A DNA stretch of 64,000 nucleotides from Acidimicrobiia bacterium. GTDB taxonomy: Bacteria; Actinomycetota; Acidimicrobiia; Spongiisociales; ZC4RG35. The stretch's first letter is position 1. The number at the start of each line of letters is the position of its first letter. Made by a program: the position numbers and the translations under genes. Location: the NCBI GenBank assembly GCA_041744375.1, contig JBGTLA010000053.1:44536-108535 (forward strand), given 5' to 3'. This document shows, piece after piece, positions 27,991-38,844 of this stretch. The notes under the pieces are model-generated. The model had not been told where the DNA came from and made no database searches. It was given only the letters and a program-made list of their open reading frames with translations.

Positions 27991-30900
27991 GTGGATCCTG
28001 TTGCATCGCCGAGTTCGACTGTCTTGCTCGAGGGGATCCTCGAACGTCTAGCCGACACCGAGGGGTCACTCGCCGCCTTTGCCAACGCCTATCTCCGACG
28101 GATCCCCTGGGACGTCGACATGTCGGAGGAAGCGATTTATCACGAGATAGTCGGCCTGTACGACTTCGTCGGGAAGCGGCCCCCCGGCACCATCTCGGTG
28201 CGTGCCTTCAACCCCACTCTTCCCACCCACGGCTACGCCTCGGACGGAACGGTGGTCGAGGTCAACATCGACGACAGCCCTTTCCTCGTCGACTCGGTGA
28301 CCAACGAGTTGCAGTCCCACGATCTGGCCGTGGTGAGGGTCTTGCATCCGGTGGTGGGGATGACCCGGGATAAGGCCGGACAGCTCTTGTCGGTGCAACC
28401 AGCGGCCCGCTCCCAGGTACGCGAGTCGGTTCAGCACTATGTCCTCGATCGTCATGTCGACTCCGACGACCTGGCGCCACTGGAAGAGAGGTTGGAGGAG
28501 GTGCTGGCGACCGTGCTCTCGGCGGTCGGGGACTTCGAGAGAATGCTCGGGACGGTCGAGAGCATGGTTGAGCTCGTGCGCGCCGGTGCCGGGCACTTTT
28601 CGCCGGTCGAAGTGGATGAAGCGGTCGCATTTCTCGAGTGGCTGCGCGACGACAATTTCGTCTTCCTCGGGTATCGCGAATACCGGATATCGGACACTCC
28701 AGAAGGCAGAGCACTGCATGGTGTGCCCGGGTCCGGCCTGGGAATCCTCTCGGACCCCGAACGGTCCCGGGTGTCGAAGCCGATACTTCTTTCCTCGCTC
28801 TCTCCCGATGTAGCTGCTCGTTACGAAAAGGGTGACCTCCTCGCCATCACGAAGACCAACCGACTGTCGGTTGTCCACCGTCGAGCCAGGATGGATTACG
28901 TCGGTGTCCGTATCGTGGGGCCGAAAGGAGAGACGGTGGGCGAAGCCCGCATGTTGGGCCTGTTCACCTCGAAGGCCTACATGGCGAGCGTTCTGCGCAT
29001 ACCGGTACTCCGTCACAAAGTGGCCCAGATCGCTGCCGCTGAGGATCTCATCGAAGGTTCACACGACCACAAGATGATCGTCGGGTTGGTGGAGGGCTTC
29101 CCCAAAGACGAGTTGTTCGGGTTGCCCACCGAGGACCTGCGCCGAGTCTTGATGGGGCTCCTCGCCTTACAGGAACGGGCACAGGTTCGACTCTTCGTCC
29201 GACGCGACCTCCTCGATCGGGGAGTGCGGGTGTTGGTGGCGATGCCCAGGGAGCGTTACTCGTCCGAGCTCGGCCGCCGCTTGCAGGAACTCTTCCTCGA
29301 GCGATTTGAGGGAACGACCGTCGATTACCACCTGACCTTGACTCGAAGCGACCTCGCCCGGCTCCATTTCACAGTCTGGGTGCCGCAGGGCCAGATACCC
29401 GATGTCCCCTTCGAAGTGCTCGAAGCCGAAGTGGCAGCCCTGGCCCGGTCGTGGTCCGAGCGGGTGGCCGAAGTGCTCACGGCTCGGCGCGGCGCGAGGC
29501 GTGCCCAAGAACTGGTGGAACGGTGGGCGGACCGAATGCCCGGCTACTACTCGGCGTCCACCCAGCTCACCGTTGCGGCCGGCGACATGGAGTGTCTCGA
29601 CGAGTTGACCCGGACCGGTCAAGAGTCCCTGGTGGGGCTCCAAAACGAAGCCGCAGGGCCCGATATCCTCACGCGGGTCGCACTGTATGAGATGCAAGGA
29701 AAACGGCCCTTGTCCGAGCTCATGCCGGCGCTGGAGGACATGGGGCTGAAAGTGGTAGAAGAGGTTCCGACACGCCTCTCGGGTGCTGAGAACATCTTCA
29801 TCCACGATTTTGGAGTCCTGGCGGCCGACGGCAAGCTCCTCGACCTCGAGACGTCGGCCGACAAGGTGGCAGCGTCCCTGGCGGCGGTGTGGGACGGCTC
29901 TGCCGAGAGCGATTCGCTCAACCGGTTGGTTCTGGTGGCCGGCCTCGACCACCATCAGGTCGCCATTCTTCGGGCCTACCAGACGTACTGGCGACGGGTG
30001 GCCTCGATCTTCACGGTGAGGTACGTCAACGACACGTTGGTGGCCCATCCCGAGGCGACGGCGGCCCTGGTGCGCCTCTTCGAACTCAAGTTCGATCCCG
30101 CCTCGGATGGGCACGGCTACCCCGAGGCATGCGACGAGATCATGGCCCGACTCGATGCTGTTCCGTCACTCGACGAGGATCGCATCCTGCGAGGGTTCTT
30201 CCGGCTGATCGAGGCCACCGTCCGCACCAATGCCTATCGGAAGGGTCGCCGGGCCCTTGCCCTCAAGGTGCGCTCGGCCGAAGTCCCGGACATGCCGGCG
30301 CCAAGGCCCTTGTTCGAGGTGTTCGTCGTGGGCGATGAGGTGGAAGGCATCCATCTCCGGGCCGGGCGTCGCGCCAGGGGGGGTATCCGCTGGTCGGAGA
30401 GGCGGGAGGACTACCGCACCGAGGTTCTGGGATTGATGAAGGCGCAGGTCACCAAGAACTCCATCATCGTGCCCACGGGGGCCAAGGGTGGATTCGTCTT
30501 GCGCAGGCCGCCTTCTGGGCGGGAAGCCATGAGAGAGGCGGTTCGCTCGGGCTACGAGACTTTCATTCGCGGATTGCTCGATATCACCGACAATCTCGTC
30601 GGTGGTGAGGTGGTTCATCCTGTCGATACGCGCGTTCACGACGACGCCGACCCATATTTGGTGGTGGCGGCCGACAAGGGAACGGCCAAGTTCTCCGACA
30701 CCGCCAACGACATCGCCCGAGAGTACGACTACTGGCTCGACGACGCCTTCGCCTCAGGTGGGGCATCTGGTTACGACCACAAACGTCTGGGGATCACGGC
30801 GCGGGGGGCCTGGAAGTCGCTGGAGCGCCATTTCCTCCAAGATGGCCTCGACCCTCACACCGAGACGTTCACGGTGGTGGGTATCGGCGACATGTCCGGG

Positions 30901-32754
30901 GACGTGTTCGGGAACGGCATGCTCGGGTCGGACACCATCAGACTGGTGGCCGCCTTCGACCACCGGCACATCTTCTTGGACCCCAATCCGGATCCGCAGG
31001 TGTCGTTCCGAGAGCGCACGAGGCTCTTCGATCTGCCCGCCTCCAGTTGGGACGACTACAACCGGGACCGGATTTCTGAAGGCGGAGGGGTCTTCGCCCG
31101 GACGGTCAAGCAGATCGAGCTCTCTTCGCAGGCACGGGAGAGGTTGGACACCCAAGCCACGGCAGTCACGCCCGCCGAACTCGTCACGATCGTTCTTCGG
31201 GCACCGGTGGACCTGCTCTGGAACGGCGGTATCGGCACGTACGTCAAGGCGACTGACGAGACCCACGAGTCGGTGGGCGATCGAGCCAACGACTCGGTGC
31301 GCGTCAACGGCTCGGACCTCCGCTGCCGGGCTGTGGTCGAGGGAGGGAACCTCGGGTTCACCCAGATGGGACGGATCGAGTACGCCAGTCGCGGGGGAAG
31401 GATCAACGCCGACTTCATCGACAACTCCGGCGGCGTCAACTGCTCGGACCGCGAGGTGAACCTGAAGATTCTGCTGCGTCTGGCCGAGTTGAGCGGCGAG
31501 GTCGGACGTGCCGAGCGTGATGAACTGTTGGCCCGACAAGCCGACGATGTGGTCGAGGGCATTCTCCACGACAGCTTCCGGCAGGTCCAAGTTCTCGCTC
31601 TCGAAGAAGAGGACTCGGCGGAACACGTGGACGCCTACGAGCAACTCATGACTTCTCTGGAGGGTGAGGGAATGCTCGACCGTAGCCTGGAACACCTACC
31701 CACTTCCCAGCAGATGACGGAGCGGGCCAAGGCCGGGTTGGGACTGAGCCGCCCGGAGTTGGCTGTGCTTCTCGCCTACTCCAAGAGAAGCCTGGTCGAG
31801 GCGTTGTTGTCGTCGGATCTTGTGGCAACGGCCTCAGCAGCCGAAGATTTGCACAAGTACTTTCCACGCGAAGTCGTCGACCGATTCGAACACATCGTCG
31901 AGCATCACCCCCTTCGTCGTGAGCTGGTCGCCACCTTGATCACCAACGACGTGGTCGACAGTCAAGGTCTCACTTTTGTGTCTCGCCTCGCCACCCGCAG
32001 TGGCGCCGCCGCGCCCGATGTCGTCGCGGCCTACCGCATTGCCCGCGATTTCGTGGGAGGCGCCCAGCAGCGGAGCGCCATCGAAGCGCTCTTCGGTTTG
32101 GTGGACCCGCGGATCTGGAGCGAGATGATGGCCGCCAACGATCGGCTCGTGGCCACCCTGACCAGGTGGTTCCTGAGGCGTAGGCCCGGGGGTCCGGATC
32201 TCGGCGGGGATCTATCAGCGTGGGAGTTCTCCCAGTTGGCAGAAGAAGCAGCCGATTGGGGAACATTCCAGTGGCGGCTCGCCCGCCGTGCAGGCATCGA
32301 TCGCCTCGAATCCGCAGGGGTACCGGCAGACCTCGCTGGTCGGACGGTGCTGGCTGTCGATCTGGTGCATGCCCCCGACATCATCGAGGTGGCGAGAGCG
32401 ACCGGTCGTTCTCGGGGCGACGTCGGGCGCATGTTCTATCGCGTCGGGCGTGCTCTTCGGTTGACGGCTGTTGGCAGGGTATTGGCGAACTTGCAGTTGG
32501 CCGATGCCTGGCAACGGTGGGCGCTGCAGGAGATCGAAGATGACCTCTTGGCTGCGCGTCGATCCTTGGCTGAGGCAGTCCTGGCCGAAGCCGCGCGGGG
32601 ATCGGTCGACGAAGCGGTGGAGAGGTTCGTGGCACAGCGGGCGGATGAGGTGCGCCGAATCCTAGAGCTGGTGAGGTCTCTCGAATCGGGGCCGGTCACC
32701 GACCCCGCTCCGCTCATGGTGGCGGTGCGCCAGATTCAGGCATTGTCCTCCTGA
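27991..32754 (+). CDS. NAD-specific glutamate dehydrogenase, large bacterial form (~180 kDa)
   Basis: 1587-aa ORF whose length and central catalytic region ('GGIRWSER', 'VPTGAKGGFV') match the Bac_GDH family. Confidence 0.85.
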   Translation: MDPVASPSSTVLLEGILERLADTEGSLAAFANAYLRRIPWDVDMSEEAIYHEIVGLYDFVGKRPPGTISVRAFNPTLPTHGYASDGTVVEVNIDDSPFLVDSVTNELQSHDLAVVRVLHPVVGMTRDKAGQLLSVQPAARSQVRESVQHYVLDRHVDSDDLAPLEERLEEVLATVLSAVGDFERMLGTVESMVELVRAGAGHFSPVEVDEAVAFLEWLRDDNFVFLGYREYRISDTPEGRALHGVPGSGLGILSDPERSRVSKPILLSSLSPDVAARYEKGDLLAITKTNRLSVVHRRARMDYVGVRIVGPKGETVGEARMLGLFTSKAYMASVLRIPVLRHKVAQIAAAEDLIEGSHDHKMIVGLVEGFPKDELFGLPTEDLRRVLMGLLALQERAQVRLFVRRDLLDRGVRVLVAMPRERYSSELGRRLQELFLERFEGTTVDYHLTLTRSDLARLHFTVWVPQGQIPDVPFEVLEAEVAALARSWSERVAEVLTARRGARRAQELVERWADRMPGYYSASTQLTVAAGDMECLDELTRTGQESLVGLQNEAAGPDILTRVALYEMQGKRPLSELMPALEDMGLKVVEEVPTRLSGAENIFIHDFGVLAADGKLLDLETSADKVAASLAAVWDGSAESDSLNRLVLVAGLDHHQVAILRAYQTYWRRVASIFTVRYVNDTLVAHPEATAALVRLFELKFDPASDGHGYPEACDEIMARLDAVPSLDEDRILRGFFRLIEATVRTNAYRKGRRALALKVRSAEVPDMPAPRPLFEVFVVGDEVEGIHLRAGRRARGGIRWSERREDYRTEVLGLMKAQVTKNSIIVPTGAKGGFVLRRPPSGREAMREAVRSGYETFIRGLLDITDNLVGGEVVHPVDTRVHDDADPYLVVAADKGTAKFSDTANDIAREYDYWLDDAFASGGASGYDHKRLGITARGAWKSLERHFLQDGLDPHTETFTVVGIGDMSGDVFGNGMLGSDTIRLVAAFDHRHIFLDPNPDPQVSFRERTRLFDLPASSWDDYNRDRISEGGGVFARTVKQIELSSQARERLDTQATAVTPAELVTIVLRAPVDLLWNGGIGTYVKATDETHESVGDRANDSVRVNGSDLRCRAVVEGGNLGFTQMGRIEYASRGGRINADFIDNSGGVNCSDREVNLKILLRLAELSGEVGRAERDELLARQADDVVEGILHDSFRQVQVLALEEEDSAEHVDAYEQLMTSLEGEGMLDRSLEHLPTSQQMTERAKAGLGLSRPELAVLLAYSKRSLVEALLSSDLVATASAAEDLHKYFPREVVDRFEHIVEHHPLRRELVATLITNDVVDSQGLTFVSRLATRSGAAAPDVVAAYRIARDFVGGAQQRSAIEALFGLVDPRIWSEMMAANDRLVATLTRWFLRRRPGGPDLGGDLSAWEFSQLAEEAADWGTFQWRLARRAGIDRLESAGVPADLAGRTVLAVDLVHAPDIIEVARATGRSRGDVGRMFYRVGRALRLTAVGRVLANLQLADAWQRWALQEIEDDLLAARRSLAEAVLAEAARGSVDEAVERFVAQRADEVRRILELVRSLESGPVTDPAPLMVAVRQIQALSS

Positions 32755-32922
32755 CCCCCACACGGCCGTGTTCGGTTGGTGTGCCACTGCCCTAGACTGG
32801 GATGGACGGCTCGATGGCCGTTTCACTTCTGTTCGCGGAGCCTCGTCGGCTCACCGCTACCCCGCTTGGATGAGTGATGTCGCCCGCTCGCCGCCTCGGT
32901 GAGCTCCCGACGAGGAGGATGG

Positions 32923-34107
32923 ATGGAAGTCGAGATACCTGAAGCCTCGATCGGTTTCGTGAGCACTTATCCACCCACCGTTTGCGGTTTGGCCACCTAC
33001 ACGAGTTCGCTCATCAACGGGATCGCCTACGATCGAGGCTCTCGATCTGGCCTGGGCGTGGTCAGCCTCACCGACCGACACGCCTCACCCAGACCACGCG
33101 ACGTCGTCTTCCGGCATCGTGTGGGCCACGGCCCTTCGCTCGATGCCGCCCTACGAGCACTCAACTCCTACGACGCCGTCTCGATCCAGCACGAGTTTGG
33201 AATCTTCGCCGGACCCGACGGCGTTGAGGTGATGGATCTCGTGGCCGGTGTCACGGTTCCTACCGCTGTGACCTTTCACACGGTGCTCGAGAATCCCACC
33301 GACCACCAGAGCCTCATAATCGCCGGCCTCTCCGAGCACGCCGATCGCATCGTGGTGATGAGTGAGGCAGCCTCGGCCAGGCTCACTCGCCGCTACGGGA
33401 TGGACCCGGGCGAAATCGATGTGATACCCCACGGAGCCGACGCTCGCCTCGCCCGACCCTCGCTCGTCGACGGCGATCGCCCCCTGGTTCTCACCTGGGG
33501 TCTGATCGGCCCCGGTAAGGGCCTCGAAACGGCGATCGAGGCGTTCAGCCAGCTGACCGACCTCGATCCGGCCCCCCGTTATCTCATCGCGGGGTCCACG
33601 CATCCCAACGTGGTGGCCGCGTCAGGCGAATCATATCGGGAGGGTCTGGTCTCGCTGGTAGCTGGTCTTGGATTGGAGGAGCTCGTCGAATTCGACGACC
33701 GATATCTCGATGGTGCAGCCCTGGCCCGTCTCGTGCGCAGTGCAGAGATCGTGGTACTGCCTTACGAGTCCCTCGAACAGGTGACCTCCGGCGTGTTGGT
33801 CGAAGCGATCGCGGCCGCCAAACCGGTGGTGGCTACTTGCTTTCCTCATGCAGTGGAACTCTTGTCGCGAGGTGCGGGACTCACCGTTCCACATGGCGAT
33901 CCGCGGGCTCTGGGTGGGGCGCTCCGGCAGCTGCTCACCAACCGGTCGGTGATGGCCCGGATGGGAGGTGAGGCCCGGCGGATGGCCGATGGCTGGTACT
34001 GGCCGACCATCGGGCGGCGTTTCGGTACCATGATGTCCGCCCTGGCCGCGGCCGACGAGACGGGCGGGCCGGGAACCGTGCCGGAGGTGCGACGTGTCGC
34101 CGGATGA
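32923..34107 (+). CDS. Glycosyltransferase family 4 (GT-B, retaining; mannosyltransferase-like)
   Basis: N-terminus 'FVSTYPPTVCGLATYT' and C-terminal GT1 domain. Paralogous to the GT4 at 56554..57702. GAGGAGG RBS before ATG 32923. Confidence 0.8.
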   Translation: MEVEIPEASIGFVSTYPPTVCGLATYTSSLINGIAYDRGSRSGLGVVSLTDRHASPRPRDVVFRHRVGHGPSLDAALRALNSYDAVSIQHEFGIFAGPDGVEVMDLVAGVTVPTAVTFHTVLENPTDHQSLIIAGLSEHADRIVVMSEAASARLTRRYGMDPGEIDVIPHGADARLARPSLVDGDRPLVLTWGLIGPGKGLETAIEAFSQLTDLDPAPRYLIAGSTHPNVVAASGESYREGLVSLVAGLGLEELVEFDDRYLDGAALARLVRSAEIVVLPYESLEQVTSGVLVEAIAAAKPVVATCFPHAVELLSRGAGLTVPHGDPRALGGALRQLLTNRSVMARMGGEARRMADGWYWPTIGRRFGTMMSALAAADETGGPGTVPEVRRVAG

Positions 34108-35182
34108 CCAAGCCGGACCAGGTACCCATCCCTCCTCACCCGAGTCGGACCGGGGGCATCTGCCACCGCCATTGTTCGCCCATCTCCGGGCCCTCACCGA
34201 TCGCCTGGGAGTCTGGGAGCACGCCAAGTTCTCCGAGCCCCGAGTCGAGCACGGGTTCTGCACCGACGACAACGCTCGTGCCCTGGTTGTCGTCTCGCGA
34301 CAGCCGCAGTCAGGTGCGGATCTGGTAGACCTGTCGGGCATCTACCTGAAGTTCGTGCTGGCGGCTCGGATATCCTCTGGGCACTTCCACAACAGGCGCG
34401 AGGCGGGGGGCGGATGGATCGATGAGGTGGGGAGTGACGACTGTCAGGGCCGGGCCTGGTGGGCCCTGGGAACCGTTGCGCACCGGGGTCCGGGTGCGGC
34501 CATGCGCGCCGCGGGTGCCGACGCCTTCGCCACGTGCGCATCTTTTGGGTCACAACATTTGCGGGCCAACGCCTACGCCTCCCTCGGAGCCTTCGAGATG
34601 CTCCAGGCCGATCCGCGCCACTCGGGCGCCGCTCGCCTTATCGAGCAAAGCTCAGGGGTGATCGCCTCCGCCGCCCGCAGTCGGATTCCGTGGCCCGAGA
34701 TTCGCCTCAGCTACGACAACGCTCGCCTCCCCGAGGCGTTGCTGGGAGCCGGTGCGGCAATGAGCGACGCCAAACTGACCGCCATCGGTATCCGCCTGCT
34801 CGAATGGCTCGTGGGCGTGGAGACCAACGGTGATCACTTCAGTTTCGCGCCCGACCACGGATGGGCGCCCGGTGAACCGCGTCCAGGATTCGATCAGCAG
34901 CCCATCGAGGCATGGGCCATGGCCGATGCTTGCTACCGGGCCTGGATCATCACCGGCGACCCCGTTTGGAAGGCCAGGGTCCTCGATGCGGCCCGCTGGC
35001 TCCTGGGGCACAACGACACTCACCTGAACCTTTACGACCGAATCACCGGGGGGACATGTGACGGCCTGATGGAGCACTCCGTCAACCAAAACCGAGGTGC
35101 CGAATCGACCTTGGCCGGTCTGGGAGCTCTGCAGGCCGCGGCCAGGTGCGAGTCGGAGAGTCCCGCCGACGCCACCCGCTGA
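34094..35182 (+). CDS. Hypothetical protein, possibly (alpha/alpha)6-barrel glycoside hydrolase/epimerase-like
   Basis: 362 aa. GTG start with GGAGG RBS, overlapping the upstream GT4 stop. Fold assignment is tentative. The stop overlaps the next gene's ATG (TGATG). Confidence 0.4.
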   Translation: MSPDDQAGPGTHPSSPESDRGHLPPPLFAHLRALTDRLGVWEHAKFSEPRVEHGFCTDDNARALVVVSRQPQSGADLVDLSGIYLKFVLAARISSGHFHNRREAGGGWIDEVGSDDCQGRAWWALGTVAHRGPGAAMRAAGADAFATCASFGSQHLRANAYASLGAFEMLQADPRHSGAARLIEQSSGVIASAARSRIPWPEIRLSYDNARLPEALLGAGAAMSDAKLTAIGIRLLEWLVGVETNGDHFSFAPDHGWAPGEPRPGFDQQPIEAWAMADACYRAWIITGDPVWKARVLDAARWLLGHNDTHLNLYDRITGGTCDGLMEHSVNQNRGAESTLAGLGALQAAARCESESPADATR

Positions 35183-36645
35183 TGTCCGCCCTGCCCGTTA
35201 CCCGGCTCGGCGTCCAACTGGAGCCGGATCCGCGCCGAGTCATCACCAAGCCGTATCTGCCCACCGACTTTGACCCGGTGGCGGGTCAAAGTCGCATAGA
35301 ACGGGTCATCCAGCGGGTTCTGGCTCTGGCGCCCGAGGACGTGACCCGTTCGCTCGAAGAGCTGGGGGAGCGCTTCTCGGCGCGTCACACCGACCTTCAC
35401 GACATCTTCCACCGGGGTTTTGAGGTGGTGGCGCTATCGGTGCCGGCAAAAGTGACGCTCTCTGACGAGATCAAGATGCTGATTGGCGCCTATTTCACAC
35501 ACGAATATTCGCTGGAAGGGGCTGCTTTCACCAACCCTTCGTTGGTTGCCGCCCCCGACCAGTCGGGGGTGGCGGCCGGTTCCCTCAGGGTGATCGTCAG
35601 CCTGCGGGCAGTGGGAGAGGGCCACATATCCTCGATCGAGTTTCGCAATGGGCTCGTCGGGTCGGAGGGAGAGATCGCACTCGAAGTGCCCGGGGCCCCA
35701 GTGACGGGAACGCGTGAGACGCCGACGTTCGACAAGGCCGTGTTCTCGGCCAAACTTGAAGAGATCGGAGCCGACGCCGACCTCATCTGGAAGACGTTGG
35801 GTCGCTTAACGGACATGTTCTCCATGGCCGACCTCGACACCGCCCTTTCCGATCTCCACCGGAACGAAACCTCGTGGGATGTGGTGCACAACGTGACCCA
35901 CGTCATGCACTGGTTGGCGTCGTCCAACTATCTGCTCTCCTTTCCTCCCCGTACCGATATCTCCCAGCGTGTTCTCTTTCCCAGCGGGCCCGCCGAGAGC
36001 CGGGGAATGGAAGATGCCCGTTTTGTGAGGTTCGTAGACCCTGATGGCGAGGTCGTCTACTACGGCACCTACACCGCCTATGACGGGCTTCATATCCTGC
36101 CGCAGCTCATCGTGACGACCGACTTCCAAGACTTCCGGATTGCCACTCTCAACGGTCCGGCCGCCCAGAACAAAGGCATAGCCCTCTTCCCCCGTCCGGT
36201 GGCGGGACGTTACGTCGCTCTCACCAGGCTCGACGGGGAGAGCAACCTCCTCATGATGTCGGACAACGTGCGTTCGTGGCATGACGCCCAAAGAATCCAG
36301 ATCCCGACTCGTTCCTGGGAACTGATGCAGATCGGGAACGCTGGTTCACCCATCGAGACCGATGCCGGATGGCTGGTGGTCACCCACGGTGTTGGCCCGA
36401 TGAGGCAGTACGCCCTCGGTGCGATCCTGCTCGACATCAACGATCCCCGACGGGTGATCGGTCACCTCCGCGACCCCCTGCTGGAACCAGACGAGACAGA
36501 GCGTGACGGATACGTTCCGAACGTGGTTTACTCGTGCGGGTCGGTAGTACACGGGGACCGGCTCGTCATCGCCTATGGCGCCTCGGATACCTACACCAGG
36601 TTCGCCACGCTGTCTATCGACTCGCTGCTGGGCGAGTTGACGTGA
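35182..36645 (+). CDS. GH130 family glycoside phosphorylase-like protein with N-terminal extension
   Basis: C-terminal ~300 aa carry GH130 signatures ('EDARFVRF', 'YYGTYTAYDG', 'DPLLEPDETERDGYVPNVVYSCG', 'YGASDTYT'). An extra ~170-aa N-terminal domain is present. Confidence 0.75.
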   Translation: MSALPVTRLGVQLEPDPRRVITKPYLPTDFDPVAGQSRIERVIQRVLALAPEDVTRSLEELGERFSARHTDLHDIFHRGFEVVALSVPAKVTLSDEIKMLIGAYFTHEYSLEGAAFTNPSLVAAPDQSGVAAGSLRVIVSLRAVGEGHISSIEFRNGLVGSEGEIALEVPGAPVTGTRETPTFDKAVFSAKLEEIGADADLIWKTLGRLTDMFSMADLDTALSDLHRNETSWDVVHNVTHVMHWLASSNYLLSFPPRTDISQRVLFPSGPAESRGMEDARFVRFVDPDGEVVYYGTYTAYDGLHILPQLIVTTDFQDFRIATLNGPAAQNKGIALFPRPVAGRYVALTRLDGESNLLMMSDNVRSWHDAQRIQIPTRSWELMQIGNAGSPIETDAGWLVVTHGVGPMRQYALGAILLDINDPRRVIGHLRDPLLEPDETERDGYVPNVVYSCGSVVHGDRLVIAYGASDTYTRFATLSIDSLLGELT

Positions 36646-36660
36646 CATGAATGACCGCTC

Positions 36661-37704
36661 TCATTCTTCGAGGATCCGGTGGTAGAGCGCCAGATAGTCG
36701 TCGACCATCCTGGCCGCATCGAACCTGTCCTCGATGGAGCGCCGCACGTGGCGGCGGTCCAATCGGCCGGCTTCCTCGACGGCGTCGGCGGCTGACTGCT
36801 CATCGGTGACCAGGTAGCCGTTGATGCCGGGCTGGATGATCTCGGGCATCGAGCCTCTCGGATGAGCGATCACGGGAGTACCACACGCCATCGCCTCGAC
36901 CACGCTGAAACCGAACGGCTCGTCGAAGTCGATGAGATGAAGCAGGGCTCGAGCGCTCCCTAAGACCTCCTGGCGGTCGGCCGGTCCCACCGGGCCCAGG
37001 TAGGTGACTCGCTCGTCGTCTATGTTCGGTTCGACTTCCCGACGAAAGTACTCGTCGTCGTGGACGATCCCGGCGATCACCAGCGGGATGCCGACGCGAG
37101 CCGCCACCTCGATGGCAGTGGCCGTTCCCTTGTCGGGATGGATCCGACCGAAGAAGACCAGCGGCCCGCCCCCGGGACCCGGTTCGAACGCAGCGGTGTC
37201 GATGCCGTGGTGGATCGTGGCGGCGTATGGCAACGCCGGGTGTCGATCGGCCTCGCTGATGGCGACGTAGCGCACCCGGTCGCGGTACTCCAGGTACGCC
37301 GGCAAGGTGGCGTCCGAGGCAAACCCGTGGATGGTTGTGACCATCGGCGTGTCGACCAGCCTCGAGTACGTGAGCGGCACGAAGTCGAGACTGTTGTGAA
37401 TCACATCGAACTCTGCGGAATGCTCGAAGGCCCTGGCGATATGAAGGGTCTCCCACACCCGGGCGTCGATGGTGGGGTCTTCCGAATACCCCGTCGCCGC
37501 CACCCCCACCAAGCGAGCCGAGGTGACAGAGTCGGCGGTAGCGAAGAGAGTGACATCGACGCCTCGCGACACCAGGCCCTCGGTGAGGAGTGAGGCGAAC
37601 TGTTCCCACGGTCCGTAGTGGCGAGGCGGCACTCTCCACGAGATCGGAGCGAGCACTGCCACGCGCAACCCGTTGGTTCGAGGCCGGGGCTCGGGAGTCA
37701 CCAT
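36661..37704 (-). CDS. Glycosyltransferase family 4
   Basis: GT-B fold with the 'EPFGFSVVEAMACGTPVIA' nucleotide-sugar-binding motif. Start at the internal Met (MVTPEPRP...). The upstream in-frame extension is low-complexity. Confidence 0.8.
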   Translation of the reverse strand: MVTPEPRPRTNGLRVAVLAPISWRVPPRHYGPWEQFASLLTEGLVSRGVDVTLFATADSVTSARLVGVAATGYSEDPTIDARVWETLHIARAFEHSAEFDVIHNSLDFVPLTYSRLVDTPMVTTIHGFASDATLPAYLEYRDRVRYVAISEADRHPALPYAATIHHGIDTAAFEPGPGGGPLVFFGRIHPDKGTATAIEVAARVGIPLVIAGIVHDDEYFRREVEPNIDDERVTYLGPVGPADRQEVLGSARALLHLIDFDEPFGFSVVEAMACGTPVIAHPRGSMPEIIQPGINGYLVTDEQSAADAVEEAGRLDRRHVRRSIEDRFDAARMVDDYLALYHRILEE

Positions 37705-37775
37705 CGCCTCCTTCAGACCCGGGCGGTTGTTCGAGAACTCACCCTTGGGGGCGCGGGTCGGGGTGAGGGCCGCGG

Positions 37776-37901
37776 TCAAACGCTCTTGTGCTGTTTGGAT
37801 CCGGCGGCGGCGCCTTTCGCCTTCTTGTCGAGGCGCTTCTGCTTGAGATCCTTCGCAGCCACCTTCTTGGTGGTCTTGTGACCCTTGTCCTTGGTTCCCA
37901 T
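37776..37901 (-). CDS. Small lysine-rich hypothetical protein (41 aa)
   Basis: 'MGTKDKGHKTTKKVAAKDLKQKRLDKKAKGAAAGSKQHKSV', preceded by GGAGG with a 5-nt spacer. No homology recognised. Confidence 0.4.
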   Translation of the reverse strand: MGTKDKGHKTTKKVAAKDLKQKRLDKKAKGAAAGSKQHKSV

Positions 37902-38013
37902 CGGTGCCTCCAGGCCGGCCGCCGAGCTGGCAGCCACCCTCCATTGTCCCACGGTCCGACTCCTAGGACGGCCGGCCTGGGTATGATCCCCGGGTAGTGC
38001 GCGCCGACCAGCC

Positions 38014-38844
38014 ATGAATACAGCCTTCGTGTTTGGTGGGGGTGGACGGTGGGGAGCCGTCGAGGTGGGCATGGCGGCGGCGGTCCTCGAGGCCGGTATC
38101 CGACCCGACGTCGTACTCGGCTCGTCGATCGGTGCCCTCAATGGAGCAATGGTCGCCGCTGACCCCACCGAAGCCGGAGCCATGCGCTTACGCCTGTCCT
38201 GGGAGCAGGTGGAGAACGAAGATCTGCTGTCATCGGGGATGTTCGACCGCATCAGAACTGCCGCCAGGCAGCGCGTATCCACCCACGACACCGACGAGAT
38301 GCGCCGGATCGTCAGCCAGTTCCTCCCCACCGACCGGTTCGATGAGCTTGTCGTTCCCTTCCAGTGTGTAGCTGCCTCGATCGAGCGGTCCGCTGAGCAT
38401 TGGTTCGACTCGGGGTCTCTCGTGGAAGCGATCCTCGCCTCGTCGGCCATCCCCGTCTTGTTTCCGCCCGTCGTCATCGACGGCGAGTCCTTCTACGACG
38501 GTGGCCTGGTCAACTCGGTGCCCGTCGATCGGGCCGTTCAGCTCGGCGCACGTCGCATCTTCGTGTTTCAGGTAGGACGAATCGAGCAGCCCTTGCGGCC
38601 CCCCACGCGACGGCATGAACCTGCCTTGCTCGCCTTTGAGATCGCCCGACGTCATCGCTTCTCTCGCGCCGTCGAGTCGCTTCCCGCCGACACCGAGATG
38701 CACCTCCTCCCCAGTGGGAACATCTTGAGCTTCGACGACACCCGACAGCTGAAGTGGCGCGACACATCCGATACCGCCTCACTCATTCAGAACGCCTACA
38801 CGGCGACCTCCGTCTACATGGCGGACGTCTTGGGGGCCAGATGA
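38014..38844 (+). CDS. Patatin-like phospholipase
   Basis: 'FVFGGGGRWG' oxyanion motif, 'GSSIG' nucleophile elbow and 'DGG' catalytic Asp motif. Confidence 0.85.
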   Translation: MNTAFVFGGGGRWGAVEVGMAAAVLEAGIRPDVVLGSSIGALNGAMVAADPTEAGAMRLRLSWEQVENEDLLSSGMFDRIRTAARQRVSTHDTDEMRRIVSQFLPTDRFDELVVPFQCVAASIERSAEHWFDSGSLVEAILASSAIPVLFPPVVIDGESFYDGGLVNSVPVDRAVQLGARRIFVFQVGRIEQPLRPPTRRHEPALLAFEIARRHRFSRAVESLPADTEMHLLPSGNILSFDDTRQLKWRDTSDTASLIQNAYTATSVYMADVLGAR

